Source of the DNA: Thalia democratica
Lineage: Eukaryota
NCBI GenBank assembly: GCA_965202585.1
Contig: OZ241826.1
Location: forward strand, 79,980,001-80,044,000
Reading direction: 5' to 3'
Length of the DNA stretch: 64,000 nucleotides
In this document: positions 35,801 to 50,435 of the stretch, one piece after another
How positions within the stretch are numbered: position 1 is the stretch's first letter
How the letters are laid out: each line of letters begins with the position of its first letter
Notes under the pieces: model-generated
Seen by the model: only the letters and a program-made list of their open reading frames with translations
Told to the model about the DNA's origin: nothing
The model's database searches: none
Program-made: the position numbers and the translations under genes

Positions 35801-38800
35801 AAATATCTTAACTTTAAGAAAACCATAAATAAGTCTTAAAACACTGTTATACAATGTAGTACAATACAAAATATATTAGAAAAATTTGCTTCTTAAAGGT
35901 TGTAGGCAGAACTCGCACTGTTATAGAATAAATTTAATATTTGTGTTTATAAAAAGTAAACTAACATATTTTACTGAATCCCTTAATAAAGTAATATTTA
36001 CAATACATACTTAGTAATTTTGTATCGAAATTAATTCTTATTAGTTTAATTCAAAGTTGTATGAATTTTAAATGTTGTGAAATTTTGTATAAGATTGTTT
36101 CACAAAAAGTTGAATACATTACAATGGTTGTTAAAACACATTAGCTAGATGCTTTATTTGATCGTTAAATGAAGTAGGGATAGATAAATGTTATAATTTT
36201 AAGTTCTATATAAATGAATAAGTTGGTTTATATAATAAATCAGTATACAAAAATATTATGCACAGCAATTTGGTAGTTAGGGATCAATCTGTTCTATTAA
36301 TTTACTTTACCATTTGTTTAAGGAAACTATTAATTTATCTAAAAAATAAACTAAAGTATGTACAAGCAACTTCTTTAAATCTAGATATAAGACAATTATG
36401 TCGATAAATTATAAAGTATAATCCGCAAATCTGATACGTTACAAGCTTTACAAGACAATGTGAATTTACTATATCAATAACACGTTAGAAGTTTTCAAAA
36501 CATTATTTCATCGTTTTGCAAAAACATATTATTTAAATTATCAGTTACAAGATGCTATTAATTTGTTATTAAGACGTTAAAACCTTAATACGAGCAACGA
36601 ATTTGTTTAAAACATATTAAAAATTTTAAAGACTACATTAAGTTTTAAACCAAAACTTTTATATTATAAAACAGTGTAAAGAAAGAACAAAATTAGGTGA
36701 GGACTGTTGATTTTTCTTTTTGATTGATAGGCAAAAAATCGACTTTGTTTTGAACTCAAGCCGATTTTACGTTGGTTCTTAAGGCAGCTTCTTTAAAAGA
36801 TAGGAGCTGCAAACTATCAACGATTTATTCTGGCAAAGGCGGTTTGTTATACTCACTGTCTTTATGCAATTTTGTATTTTAAAAACACTATAGCCATCTT
36901 TTGAAGTTAAGTTTTGTCTTTAATCATTTTTGTTTACTTATACTTTTGTAGTAGGAACTGCACTAAACTTATATTTGACTAGTTTGTTAAAATAGTATTG
37001 TTAAATCTATGTATAAAAAGTTTTAAGCTATTAGAAATTATTTTGTTTAAACTATATGCAAAACTTAATACACTATTAAGTCAGATGAAAAATAAATAAT
37101 CTGAACAAAAATTATAAGGAAAGTTCTTAATAGCAAAATATTACTGAAATACAGACGAAAAGCTTCATATTGATTTCCGAACACAAAGCTCGAAACGTTG
37201 CCGACCTAGCAGGTTTTCACCTCGCCTTTTTATCTGTTTCACTTCAATTACAAGGTGTATTGTGCTATAAAACAGTTGAAGCGCTTACTATCATTATATG
37301 CCACTTTACTGCAGTGTAAGAATTTACGTTTGTATCAAAGATCTAATAAATCATTTTTTAAACGATTCAATACGCTATTTTAGTTATTATTTGTTTTAAG
37401 GGTTTTAAAGCAGCGTACCGAGCTTATTTTTTTAAACCTTATTGAAAAAAAAGGTAAACTTTTGCTAGTTGTTGTTTTTTAAGGAATTTTCGAACAAAAT
37501 GACCGCATAGCAGAAAACAAAAATGTTTACAGAATGGTAACCGCAACATCGGTTGCTTAGCAACGTGTGATGATGACACATTTATTTCGTCGTTAGTTTG
37601 TTGTGATATATCCTTCTATGTCCTCTTTTGGTCGTTGTAGTGGTTGGTATCGGTTGTTTTGGAACTTCATCATTTACTTGAACTGTAAAAAATAAACTTT
37701 AGTTTTTTTGTAGAATTTTTACTATTTTTCAACTACTAACTTGGCATATAAGGCTATTTAAACGTTAGAAAATATTTAGAAGTAAAAATAGAGATAAGTT
37801 TTTTTGAAACAAATAAAAAATAGCAAATATAAGGTGTTCAAAACTTATTTATAAGATATCTTTTTAATGTGACGATACTTTAATAGGTGAAATTTGAAAA
37901 TAATACAACTTTTTTAAATAAAAAAATTATAAACTTTAAAATATACTGTATGACTGATACTCTTGTTGACAATATCTAGTACTTATTTTATTGCTTACTA
38001 CGAAACTACAGAAAGCTTTACAACCTTACTTGTCACGCGGGAGATATGTCGTTTTTCGCTTTTTATGGGGATTAACCTTATTAAATAATTATTTGACCGG
38101 AAAGGCACTGCTTAGCAATTGTTCCTACGCAGTAATTCGTCAACGCTGTTTTAATTGCGTTGTACTTAATGAAATTAATTAGTTATCCTGTTTAGTTGCA
38201 TCAATAGATAAACTCAATCGGTTAATTTATACGCAATGTGTCTTCTTTAAAAACAAAGTATAAAAAAGTGTTTTGCTGGAGATAAAACTTAGCAAAAAAA
38301 AAGATCGAAAACTGATTTTTAAATAAAAAGAAAAAAAAAACTATAATGTTGTGTCTTTAAAAGTTATATCACAAAATATCGTCAATGTTTGTTTGTCGCT
38401 TGCGCGTTTCTTAAGCAATTTAAGCAACAGCGAAATTAATTTAAGCTTTGCTTTTTTTTATATTTTTTTTCGGCATAACCCTTTCACCGTTTCTACGGTT
38501 AACGGATTATGTTCTCCAATTACATCGTTACTACTTGTAGTTGCTGAAGGTCACCATTGGCTGCGTGTCTAATTTATAGATTGACGAGCTTCCTTTCCGT
38601 TCAAGCCTCATTTTAAATCGAAACCTGCGAGTGTTTTGCTTTTTCACGAAGATACTTTGTTTTTTAGTTCTATTTATCGAAATATTTGATTTATATTCAA
38701 ATGTCAGATATTCAATATATGAGTAGTTTTACTTTAAAAAAAAAAACATTTTTACTAAACCCGATTTGAAAAGTTTGTTGTCTTTGAACATGTTAATAAA

Positions 38801-41800
38801 GTTATGTGTTAAAAAAAATAGTTTTTTATGAATAATTTTTATACCTATTTGATATACACACCTTTTAAATGTTAATTACGACAATATTATTTGCATAATG
38901 AATATCATTTTAATAATAAAGATTACAATTTTTTGTTTTTGTTGAAAAATTCTAACTAAAAAGTCAATTACTAAGATTATATTTCACATTTTAATTATTT
39001 ACCTTAAAAAAAAGTTAAAGTATACTTTTCAATTTAACTGATCAATTACAATTTAATTGAAAACGTTATAAATGCTTGACGATAAAGATAAACAACAAAA
39101 ATAATAAAATAAAGAAGAAAAAATTAAACACTTCAATGGGTCTTGAACAAAACATGAGGTCTGCTTGACGATACAAATAAATTATAAGGCTATTTATTGC
39201 AAGTTTTAATTACTTTGTTTATTTAAGTTGACTTTGCTCAACTATAGAAAAATAAACATCAAAACATCATTAAGTTTAAATAGTTTAAACTGTGGAATAC
39301 TTTAAGCTTCATTCCCATACGTCAAAAAAATAATAATTAGCGATTCAACTGTGTAACAGCCCGAAACACCTTGTAATTGATGTATTTAGAAGCAGATAAT
39401 AAGATGAAAGCCTGCGAGGCCGGCGACGTTTCAAGCTTTGTGTTCGGAAATTAACTTGAAGCTTTTCGACTGTATTCCAGTATTTTTTGCATTAGGATTT
39501 TTCTACAGACTTTTTGTTCAGATTATTTACTTTCTTTCTGACTTAATAGTGAATTAAAATTTTGCATATAATTTATGCAAAATAATTTTTTGTAGCTTAA
39601 AACTTTTTATAATTAGATTTAAAAGTTTTATTAAAAACAAACTAGTTAAACTATAAGTTTAGTGCAAGTTCCTACTACAAAAATATAAGTAAATAAAAAT
39701 TACTAAAGACAAGACTAAAAGTTAAAAGATGGCTATAGTGTTATTAAAACGCAAAATCCCTAAAAGACAGTGAGTATAACAAACCACCTTTGCCAGAAAA
39801 AACCGATGATAATTTGCAGCTTCTTTCTTTTTATGAACCAACGCAAAAACGGCTCTAGTTCAAAACAAAGTCAATTTTTTGCCCATCAATCAAAAAAAAA
39901 AAGACTCTACAGTCCTCACCTAATTTTGTTGCTTCTTTACACTGTTTTTTTATTAAAGAAAACTTTGGTTTAAAACTCAATGTAGTCCATAAAATTTTCA
40001 ATATGTTTCAAACAAATTTGCTGCTATTAGGGTTTTAATGTCTTAATAATTAATTAATAGCATCTTTTAATCGATAATTTAAGTAACATAATTTTGCAAA
40101 ACGAAGAAATTATGTTTTTAAAACTTCTAATGCGTTACTGATATAGTAAGTTCACATCGTCTTGCAAAGTTTGTAACGTATCAGATTAGCACTTTATAAT
40201 TAATATTTTTTTAGTCGATTGTCTTATATATAGATTAAAAACAGTTTCTTGTACTTTAGTTTATTTTTTAGATAAATTATTTGCTTATTAAAACAAATGG
40301 TAATTTGGTTAAATGGAACAGATGGGTCCCTATTTATCAAATGGCTGTGCACATAATATTTTTGTAGACTAATTTATTATTTAAATTAACTTATCTATTT
40401 ATATGGAACTTAAAATTATAACACTTATTTATCCCTATTTCTTTAAACTATTAAATATAGCATCTAGCTAATCTGTTTTAACAATATTTGTTTTACTTAT
40501 CAAAATTGTCTGAGCACAATTTAACTAGTTTACAGTATTCAACAATTTGTAGAACAATTTTATACACAGTTTCACAAAATTTTTAATTCATACAGCTTCG
40601 AATTAAACTGATAATAATTAATTTCTCAAGTACTAAGTATTGTAAATACTACTTCATTAAGAGAGTTAGTAAAATATTTAATTTACTTTTTATAAACAAA
40701 TTTATTAGAATTAATTTATAACGGTGCGAGTTCTGCCTACAACCGTTAAGAAGCAAACTTTTCTAACATACTTTGTGCTATAATACATTATACAACGATG
40801 TTCCAAGTCTTATTTGTGTTTTTTTGTAAAGTTAATTTTTTTTTTTCGAGTTTCAGCATTTCTCATAAACTAATCAACAACTAATAATATTAGTGATCTC
40901 ATTTACATTCTTATTTATTTTTTATTAATTAAATAATAAAACAAAAATTAAACTGTTTGTTTCTAAAGTTAAAGTAACTTAGTTTTGAAACAAACACGTG
41001 GTTTGTTAAGATAAAAAATAGCTAAATTGTTGATTTTAAAGTTTCTAACTACTAAGTTTATACTTATAGTCAGTACATAAAAACAGTATAAAAAACTTTT
41101 AAATTTTAGGACAATTTAAAACAAATAAATATCTTTTAAAATAACAACTTTAAAAGATCATAAAATAAAATTTCGTAAAATTATATGCATAAAAACTTTT
41201 TATCTTTATCTGTAAAAAGTTTGCATTTTACAAAACACAACAACTTATTTTATACTAACGTTCGTTTCGTAACAGTTTGGCAAAATCAAGCTCATTAGAG
41301 TCAAATCTCTTAACTCGAAATCGGCGCAGAATCGCAAAAGAATTCTGGCCGCAAACGAAACAAAGCAACACAAATATATAAAAGCCTTCTCCTTTTTACG
41401 AGTTATTAATGACAAACTAGCAAAAATTGTAATGTCTAAGGTAAAAAAAAGAAAAACTTACATTCAGCTAGTTAACGCATATTTAAAGCTCTTTTTTAGA
41501 ATAGTATCGACAGTTAGTAAGCCGCACACACCATTGCACGATCTCAAATTTCTTTTACTACAGATGACTTAAATATAAATCAATTCTAAAGGTTGTTTTA
41601 AAAGCACTAAGACTGTTGTCAATAATAATTAGAAATTTAAACATTAAAATTAACTAAATCATTAGAACAAAGATAAATAGATAGAAAGGCGCAAAACTCA
41701 CAGTATATAAAAGTTGCGCTTTTCGTAAAAAAAACGTCAAGACGCCAAATATGCCGCGTTTGTTCCGCCATCGTTATTAAGCTGAAAAGTTTAATTAGAT

Positions 41801-43596
41801 TATTTGAATTATTTCTTCGAATAAACTTCTTTTTAAATCTTTCGCAGCTGAATACGATTGAGAACAGCTGACAAAGTCTAAATGCTGCCAGTAATTCTCA
41901 CAAGCTTTTTACATAAAAAAAAAGTTAGCAATTAGATTTTAACTTTGAAAGATGTGTTTGAAAATTTTACGCATTTCATTATTAAGAAAGAATTACTCGG
42001 CTTTTAATTTTACAGTGTTGATAAACTATTACGACAAGTAAACGTGTATCGACAATTGCCTCGTAGAAACATATGAAAATTTTAAGGATTTCCAGAAACT
42101 GAAATTAAATATTTTTGAAAGTACATGACTGTCTTAGAACTTGGCCTTTCTTTCTTTTTTTGCTTTAATCCAACATCATCAGAAAGAAGCTTTAATTGGC
42201 AAACAAGTAAAGAAGCGCTATTACAAATAATTTAGTTCAATAAATACAGTTTTAAAAACAATGGAATTGCCAAAATAATTCAATATAGACATACAGTCTT
42301 GATCAACTATGTTAAGCTTTAGCAGACACAAAAGTTAAATAAAAAAGAATAATTCAACAGCTTAGAAAAAAAAAAATTGAAACAAATATCTCTGTTTTGC
42401 TTTTTTTTAAATATCTTTGTTTGCCTTAAAGCCGACGTACAAAACAAACGAGCATTTAGTATACTATCAAAAGTAACTGACGTTATTTTAGCAAAGTAGT
42501 AAAACAATCTAAAAATTTATAAACAATTTGCTACTCTCTATCCTGTGTGTTGGTATTTGGCATTAAATACGCATAATAATAAGTCAAAAAAGGCATAATT
42601 TTTAACTGGAATCATTCGTAATCCATAAGCACACGTGAAGTTGTCAATGTTTTCAGTTATTTTGTTTACATGAAACGTATCACATAGATAAACATAAGAT
42701 AATATTATTACGAGATAACGTACGCTTTGATTTAATAAACAGCTTCCATACATATGGTAGCATGGTTTTGAACAAAATGAAACAAATTTTGTAGGTTAAA
42801 CATACTTTTTAAGGGCGACCACACCGATACTTAAGCTAATGAAACGCCAACATGTTTTAAGTTTAAGTCTGTAAGTTATCTAATACAAAATGTAAGCTTC
42901 ACATTTATAAAATTTGAAACTAACAACAATTTCATTCTACGGAAATATCTTTCGTAGCTACTTAAATAGGGCGAAGGTGTCATTTAATCACCCTTTTTTT
43001 CAGATGCTGTTAAGATTTGTAAGCAAGTTTGAACCGTAAACACGGTGACATGTTACCCTGGCAACGAAATTCTTTGTCGCCCGTTTTTTCGATCAGGGTG
43101 GCAGTTTGAAGGGTTGATAAGCAAAGAGATAGAAACATTTTTCACGCAATACTTTAAGCAGTATGTTTTGTATAAATTACTTTATGATTGCTACTGTGCA
43201 TGAAATAATTAACTTAAAAAAAGTATTTTCGACTTCTGAATGAATTTGTTTTGAGTTAATGTCAGCAACAATATAACTTTTGTTTTTTGTATTTTTCAAC
43301 TTTAAAAAATAATTATAAAAACTACAATTTAGTTTTATTTAATTCATACTATGGTTCCATCTCTAGTACTTTTCAATGTTTTTAACAAATGCGGCAGAAA
43401 TGGTCATCATCAATTATTAAAAATTTATTATTTTTACTTAATTAAATTTTATTTATAGTAAGCAAAACTTTAGATTTATATACAATTTTCAAAAATATTT
43501 TATGACTATTTATTTTTCAATTGTAAACTGTTAAATAAAGTATTGATGCAAATTAAAGCAATAATTTAGACCAAAAACATGTAAAACTAGAACAAT

Positions 43597-43746
43597 TGGT
43601 GTTATAACCTCCGCTCAGTTACTACTGGTAACAATAGGGGATTAGTGACGAGCGACAACGGAAGTTGTTTTTAGGGGTGATGACATACGTTGCTATGACG
43701 TCATACCGGAAGTGAGTTGCGTTGAAACCAGATGATGATTGAGTTG
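43597..43746 (-). pseudogene. Dead copy of exon 2 in right palindrome arm
   Basis: Reverse complement of 32704-32860 with the same TAG; the 43622-43825 ORF is a shifted-frame by-product. Confidence 0.8.
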
Positions 43747-46700
43747 CTACGACAATAAATAGTCTAACTTGAAATTTCGTGAAAAAAAAAACTTTATGTG
43801 AAAAAACTACTAGATTAAAAAACATATTTTTATTTTATTTATTATACTTTAATAATTGCATTCTAAAGCTAAATCTTAATGTAATAGTTCAAAGCTTTAT
43901 TATAAAATCAATGGTAGAGTAAAAATAAAAAACTAAACTACAAAAGTGAAAACCCTACTCAAAAAAAAATTAAATATTAATGTTTTTACCTAAAAAGTTG
44001 TAAAATTTTAAGCAATAATTTTTAGTTTAAGAAAAAAAGCTTGCTTTGAAACCATGTACAAAAGTATGTTTAAATTTTCAGTTCGTTTAAAAACAATAAA
44101 AATAATTTTAAGAAAACCCGCGAGAGTAATAAGTTAAGAATTAGGCTATTCAACTGTTTAATTGTTCTTTAATTGTTCAAAAAAAAAAGGTTATTTGATC
44201 AAAAGGCCAAAAACGTTTGATTGAAAGGTCAAAAAAGTCGGTAAAAAACTGTTTAACATATTTACACTTATACGAGCTTAAATCTTAGCTACAAGTCGTA
44301 TTACACAATTACAATACCGCTGCTGATTAATTTCTGTCGCCATGGTTACGCGCTAAAGACAAACTAATCTCTAATAAAATTAAGCCGATAAGCGATGATG
44401 ACCTTTGCGGCAACCAAGGTGGCATGGCAACAAGGTTGTCAAGCATTTTCGTAGAAGTTAATTGGTTGAATTACCGGAAAACTACCGACGTCTACGAGCG
44501 GTGACTGATGTCTGAAAACTACCGCTAAATTGTAGGAGGGGCCAAAACGAATGTAAAAATATGACCAAATTTTCAATTTTTAATTTTGAAAAAACTTACT
44601 AAATTTTTATATTAACGTTTAAAAACTGTGAAAACCTCTTAACATTTGTTTTAAAAATCACTTTGGCAAAATAAAAACATATTCATTAACGCACTTAAGA
44701 CTTTGTCAAATAGTAAGCAAATAGTTTGCAATTGCTGTTAATTAGAATCAACAGTGCTAAATATATTTTACTTATATTACATTTGTATGAAATATTTTGG
44801 AATCTCCTTAGATATTAAAACTTTTCAATAAGAGACTAGAGAAATTAAAAATAATTATGTTCTAGTTTTTGGTAGACCTTTTAAACAGAACTACACGTAA
44901 AACTATGCTTACAAGTATTTTTATAATGATTGCAACAAATAAAAAGTAATTTACTGTGAAAGATAAAAAGCTTTTTAAATTTAAAAAACTTCATAAAATT
45001 GCAGTAAATCAAAATAAAAAACCTGAGATTAATCAAACTTTGTTATACAAAAAGTTTTTTTTTGTGAATTTTGCACAAAAACAAATTCAAACTATAAAAC
45101 GACCGACTTAAAACACCCCAAAAAACACAAATTAAAACTTAGAAGTTATAAATTATTGAAGTTTTAATAAATTACCATTTTGGTTTAAGACTGTTTTTAC
45201 CGTGGGTTTGTAAAAAGAAAAGCCGAAAATTAGCGATGTGTCAACATTGTAAGTGAAAACCACAAAAAAGCTGACTTGCCTCGAAAGCTGTTTATTAATC
45301 AGCAAACAGCTCTTTGGCAGAGAAATTAGTTTGTAATGCGTAGTGGCATAAAACGACTGTAGTGAAAATTTATGTTTGATATTTTTCAGATATAAAAGCG
45401 AGCTTGAATCATTCAACGTCGTTAAAAGATAGGTTTAATAAGAGAAAAAAAGATATATATTTATATCTGTTGTTTCTTGTTTTTTTGTATGTTGTTTGAA
45501 ACAAAATTAATTTAAAACTGTTTTTTCAATCTTGACACAGTTAAACACTAGGGTTTTAAAGGTTTTTAAAAGCTTAGAGCTGTAAAAAGTATGTGGTTTT
45601 TAAAGGTTTACGGTTTTTTTCAGACAGTTTGTTAGTATACATTCTATGAAAAGGGCAAAAAGGCAATTAAAGAAAGTCGAAGTAAGACCATTGGTTCAAA
45701 CACATCAAAAAACATTCCATGTCCATAAAGTTCAAAGAAAATTTTTCTTTAAAAAACTTAAATAATTTTAAAACTTTTGCTTCTTGCTCAAATACAAAGC
45801 TTAACTTAATACAAAGTTATTTTATATAGCAACATTTCGAAAAAAAGTCATTTCTAAACATTACCACCATTCAAACACACGAAGTCCTAACAACCCTTAA
45901 TCAATCTGGTCTTTTTTGCAATTGTATCAAACTTCAAACTTTTGTTTGTTAGCAAGCTGACTATTTACAAAACAGATAAAAGTATTGGGATTCGAGAAAG
46001 AAGTTTCAATGCAAAGGGGAAACTTATTACGTTTTTGTTTTACCGCATCAATAAAAAAATTGTTGGTGTTTTTTATTGGTGTTGCGAAAGATAATTGATT
46101 TTCGCTGCTCGTTGAAACGCCAACGTCTTAGAAATTAGTTATGCTAGAAGCTGCAGTAAATTAAAAATAAATTTAGATATGAAAAATTTGCTATGATATT
46201 ATTGGTTTTTAAATATTTTGAAATGGCTATTTTGTAAACTCATTTAACTTCTTTTCTAAACAACTTAACTTTTTTATTTCTTTAAACGAAGCTAAATACG
46301 CTACATGAGCCTAAAGCTTCAATTGTTTTGTTTCAATAATTAATGGCCTTAAAGTTTTATGAATCAAGTTTTTCATTTTTTATCTAATAATTATCTTTAG
46401 ATTTGCTTATTTCAAAAAGAAAACAAATCCTGATATGAATTAGTTAATAAGTATAGTATAATTTTTTTAAAGTTAAAGCTTTAAAAAAATACACAATCTT
46501 TTACCACAAAAGCAGTTAAACAAAACTTTTTCAATAATTAACTGTCTGTGGACTTGAAATTTTTATTAGAATAATTTAACATTTAGTTTGATAAAAGTGC
46601 ATTGAACTTTTGTACTAACAAAGAATTTTTGGCACCGTGAAAATAATTCAAATTTTAGCAAACACTTCAACTACAAAAAATTAAAATTGAATGCAGCCGA

Positions 46701-48851
46701 GTATGAAAAAATGTCATTTTTTAACTTTAAAAACTATTGTTTGGTATGTTAACAAAGTTTTAATGTTTTATTTAAGAATTTTTATTTAGATTAGTTTTAA
46801 ATAATTTGCTGCTTTGACTTTAGTAGTTTAATTACACAATATAGAAATTTAAGTAAATTTATATTTATTAGAGTAAAAAAATAATTAAAAATCCTCGCCC
46901 AAACAAGCTGCAATAGCGTCAGTTAGCAAACATATTGAGGGCTTCCTACAATGAGGGCAACTAAAAAATTCGAGGGTCAATAATGCAGCGTTATTTGCGA
47001 CAAGGCAGGAAATGGTGATGTCAAGCAAAAAGTGAAGATAATTTTCCTTTCACTTCGACATCAACTACAAAAGGATGTGAAGTTTTTATTATCTGTGGTG
47101 GAAGTTGGTGGTATGTTATTATTGATAAATAAACAATTGGTTTTTTTGTTTAAGTTGGTATTTATGTAACCACGTTTAATAAACTTGTTTATAAATTCTT
47201 TTGTAATTTTCAACGTTAATTTAGCTACTACTTTTGATTTGCGTGCAGTAAAAACAATATTATTTCAAATAAAATTCGCCAGGTGTAATGAAATCAGCCT
47301 CCCGGGAATTTGTAGTATAATTATTTTTTTGAGGAGAAATTTATTCAAAGATGAACCGTCCGCTTATATTAGTATAAATATATATAATAAAAACGTTCTT
47401 TTAAAGCTTAAGAGCTTTACACAAAAACCTTGTAAATAGTTTAATTTAGATTTCTTAGATGAGCCAAGTTATAGTTAAACCGCAAACATATAACAGAAAG
47501 GCCATTAGTAGAATAGAATACAATACCCAAAAGATTGTTGGTTTACTTTGTTTAAAGTTTACTTCGGTTTAAATTTCAAATTACTGCCTTATAAGTATCT
47601 GTGCTCATTAAGCAGTTCGACTTTGTTTAACAATTTTTTAAAATTTGCTTCGTTGTAAGATTATATTTGTATATAAATAGTAATTGATTTCTGCACTACC
47701 GTTGTCATCATTACTTTCTCCATTAAATTTAACTTTAAGGTCTAAGTAGATTGAACTATCTTTAAACTTCACTATAGTAAACAAAATATAAATTTTTATT
47801 TTTTAGAAGGTTTATATAAAGAAAGTTAAACAAATAAATATTTCTTTTGTTTATTTAAAACTTTGAAAATAAAAAAAAGGAATACGAACTATATAAAACT
47901 AGAAAGAAGCAAGATGTAAATTTTTGTAATTAAAATAATATCAATAAAGTTTGCTTTATAACAAAATTTGAAGTGGTTCACCTAATCTTAGATAAAACAG
48001 AAACAAAGGAACACTCTTAAACTATAATTTTATGCAAATTTTACTTTTAAATAATTTATTGTTTTAATAGTGTTTAACTTTTCTTTCTTAAGTTTTAAAG
48101 ACTTTTATTAGACGTTTCTACTGCAAACAACTGTTGTGTATTGCAATTTATTTATTGTATCTAAACACAAAAAACACATAAACTTTTTTATAAATTCTAA
48201 TCATACCCATAATTTTTCTTCAAAAATTAGAAAAACAGTTTTAGTAGTACATAAACTTTTAAGGCCAAAAAAATGTAAAATTTAACTAAAGGCTTTAACA
48301 GAATTTATTCGTAAAAGACTGTTTTGTTTTCAATATTAAAAGCTTATTAAATTAAAATACTAACTTAATTTAATTATCTATTAATATATCATTTTATAAT
48401 TGAAGAAAAAAAAAATTGTATGAAATTATGTTATTGCAAATCTTAGCTAATGTTTGAAAATCAGTCATTAGTACAAAAATAAAGTTTTTTTAGTCTGTTA
48501 AAATAAAACCTCATACTAACTTTAGACTTATAAATTAATTTTTGACACATAGAATAACTAAAAGAAGTCGATCTGGTAATAAAAAAAGTCTATAAACTTT
48601 TGTATTTTTTTACAAACATGCTTTTACTCAGAAAAAATAGAACAAAGAGCACACAAGGTAACTGCTTTTAAAACAACAGAAAAAGGACTTTCAGTCAAAA
48701 ATATTCTTCTGCTAATTTGAGATGTGACAAAAAGTTACTGTAAAGTGTTTTTTTTAAACCTCAAAAAAAAGGTAAACTTTAGAAGCGCCGTGTGAGAAAA
48801 TAGAGACGTTATATTAAAATTTGGACACTAATCAAGTTTCATTGCTGGGTT

Positions 48852-50358
48852 TTACCCTGAATTGTTAAATGGTGAGGAAGGTGAATGTTGAGATTCGAGG
48901 ATGAAGAAGTACGACCCCAAGTGACGGTGAACGGAGGAAACGAGGGTGTGAGCGTGACCCAGTTTCATTTGCAACATGCCCAAGCAAGATTCTTCGGTAA
49001 CTAACGGGAGTGAATAGCCATTGATGCCATTGTCAAGGAAGATCTGTTGTTATGGATACAATTGCATAACTTTGTTTCGGGTTGTAAAACAAACAACAGC
49101 TTTAAACTTTTAATTTCAACAAGATTAAAGTCTTTTTACTTTTAAAGTTTTAATTTTAAGTAAAAACCTTTTTGAATACGTTAAAATTTAATTTTACATA
49201 CTGTTAAGAAGTTTTAAAGCAAAATGGTGGATTTAAAAAAAATGTTTTCAACTTACTTGTTTATATTGCCCCAAATCAATTTCGTCTAAATACTGACCAA
49301 CTCTTTCACAACTCCATTTGCTCATTTCATCGGATTTTTTCAATATTGTTCCTATAATAACTTTGTCAGCAGACATGAAGGATGTCCTGTTGTTAGTTTC
49401 ACCCAACAATGAAGCGTTTTTTGTTGAAGTTTGAGACACGGGTTCAGTTTTATGCATTGTTTTATCGGTTTGAAGGTTACAGTTCTTAAAAGAAGCGCCT
49501 TCTAAAGTGGAATTTCTGTATAACAAAACAATTTTAGTTCATTTAAAAATATAAAAAATATATCTAACGTACTATAAACTTACAAGTCAAAGAGTGAACA
49601 AGAAATTCTTGGTTTTTTTGTCTCTTCTTTAAGTTTTCTGAAAATAAAAATTGTAGAGTTTTGTATCACAAAAACAATTTTTTTACACATTACTGCAGAA
49701 GAAAACTTTTTTTTACCTCATCAGCTTTACAAACCTAAGATTTTATAACATTTTTTAACTAAGTGATACGCTTTATGCATTTTTATTTTATTAAACTATA
49801 TCTTTAATAATATTTAAGTATAAACCTAACTTAATTGTACAAAAAATACTTACATAGGAACGCTACTTGGTCTTATTACGTTCTTCTGGATTGATTTTTT
49901 AACTACACCATCATTAATCTCGCTTGATTTTCTAGAAAAATGTAAAAAATTAAACCTGAAAATCATTACGTTGTATGCTTTAAGAGCTATCAAGTTAACT
50001 TTAAAAGATAAATTTGAGTATATTTTTTCAATGTTTATAAAAGCTAAGTATTTTTTAATTATAATCAATTTTTGCAGCTTTTTAAGTTTATTATCTTAAA
50101 AAAAAGATTAAATTAAGCTGAAAATAAAGTTTTTATAGCTACAAAACTGCTTACTTTTCTGAAATGTCAGCATGGTCTTTAACATCATTTGAGTTATTTT
50201 TCAGATTTTGTTCAAAGGATTTTAGTTCTTCTGATTGGTAAATTTCTTCTTCTACTTTAGGCTTGCCGTTTACTTCAATATTTTCAAGTAAATTTGGTGT
50301 AAATTGTCCGAATGCAGCTGCCATGTTCTTTACAAGATTAGACTGATCTAGCACCAAT
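48852..50358 (-). CDS. Gene B: 3' part (exons 9-13) of a SAND-SAM paralog, 5'-truncated in this copy. Exons: 50358-50155, 49931-49854, 49637-49584, 49515-49257, 49043-48852
   Basis: All five exons are open with canonical splice sites. Lengths 204/78/54/259 nt equal gene A exons 9-12. The SAM exon reads IFLDNGINGYSLPLVTEESCLGMLQMKLGHAHTLVSSVHRHLGSYFFILESQHSPSSPFNNSG* with synonymous changes versus A. Homology to A stops at 50428, so exons 1-8 are absent here. Confidence 0.8.
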
Positions 50359-50435
50359 CTGTAAGTAAGAAGTTAATCGAAGAAAACATTTTAAGTATGA
50401 AAAAATACTTGATGGTTAAACAAAGCATATATATA

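Larger units (their letters stand above)
25971..37295 (+). repeat. Left arm of ~24.5-kb diverged inverted duplication
   Basis: Blocks are reverse complements of the right arm with near-constant coordinate sums: 25971+50428, 27031+49515, 32754+43703, 33481+~42990, ~35900+~40740, ~37295+~39330 (all ~76.4-76.65 kb). Confidence 0.92.
39330..50428 (-). repeat. Right arm of the inverted duplication
   Basis: See left arm; identity roughly 75-85% by eye in alignable blocks. Confidence 0.92.
33473..50435 (+). repeat. First unit of near-identical direct (tandem) duplication, period ~16.96 kb
   Basis: taaatgacattttcgccctacttaactagcc occurs at 33473 and again at 50436; the sequences then run in register to the window end. 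Confidence 0.95.
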
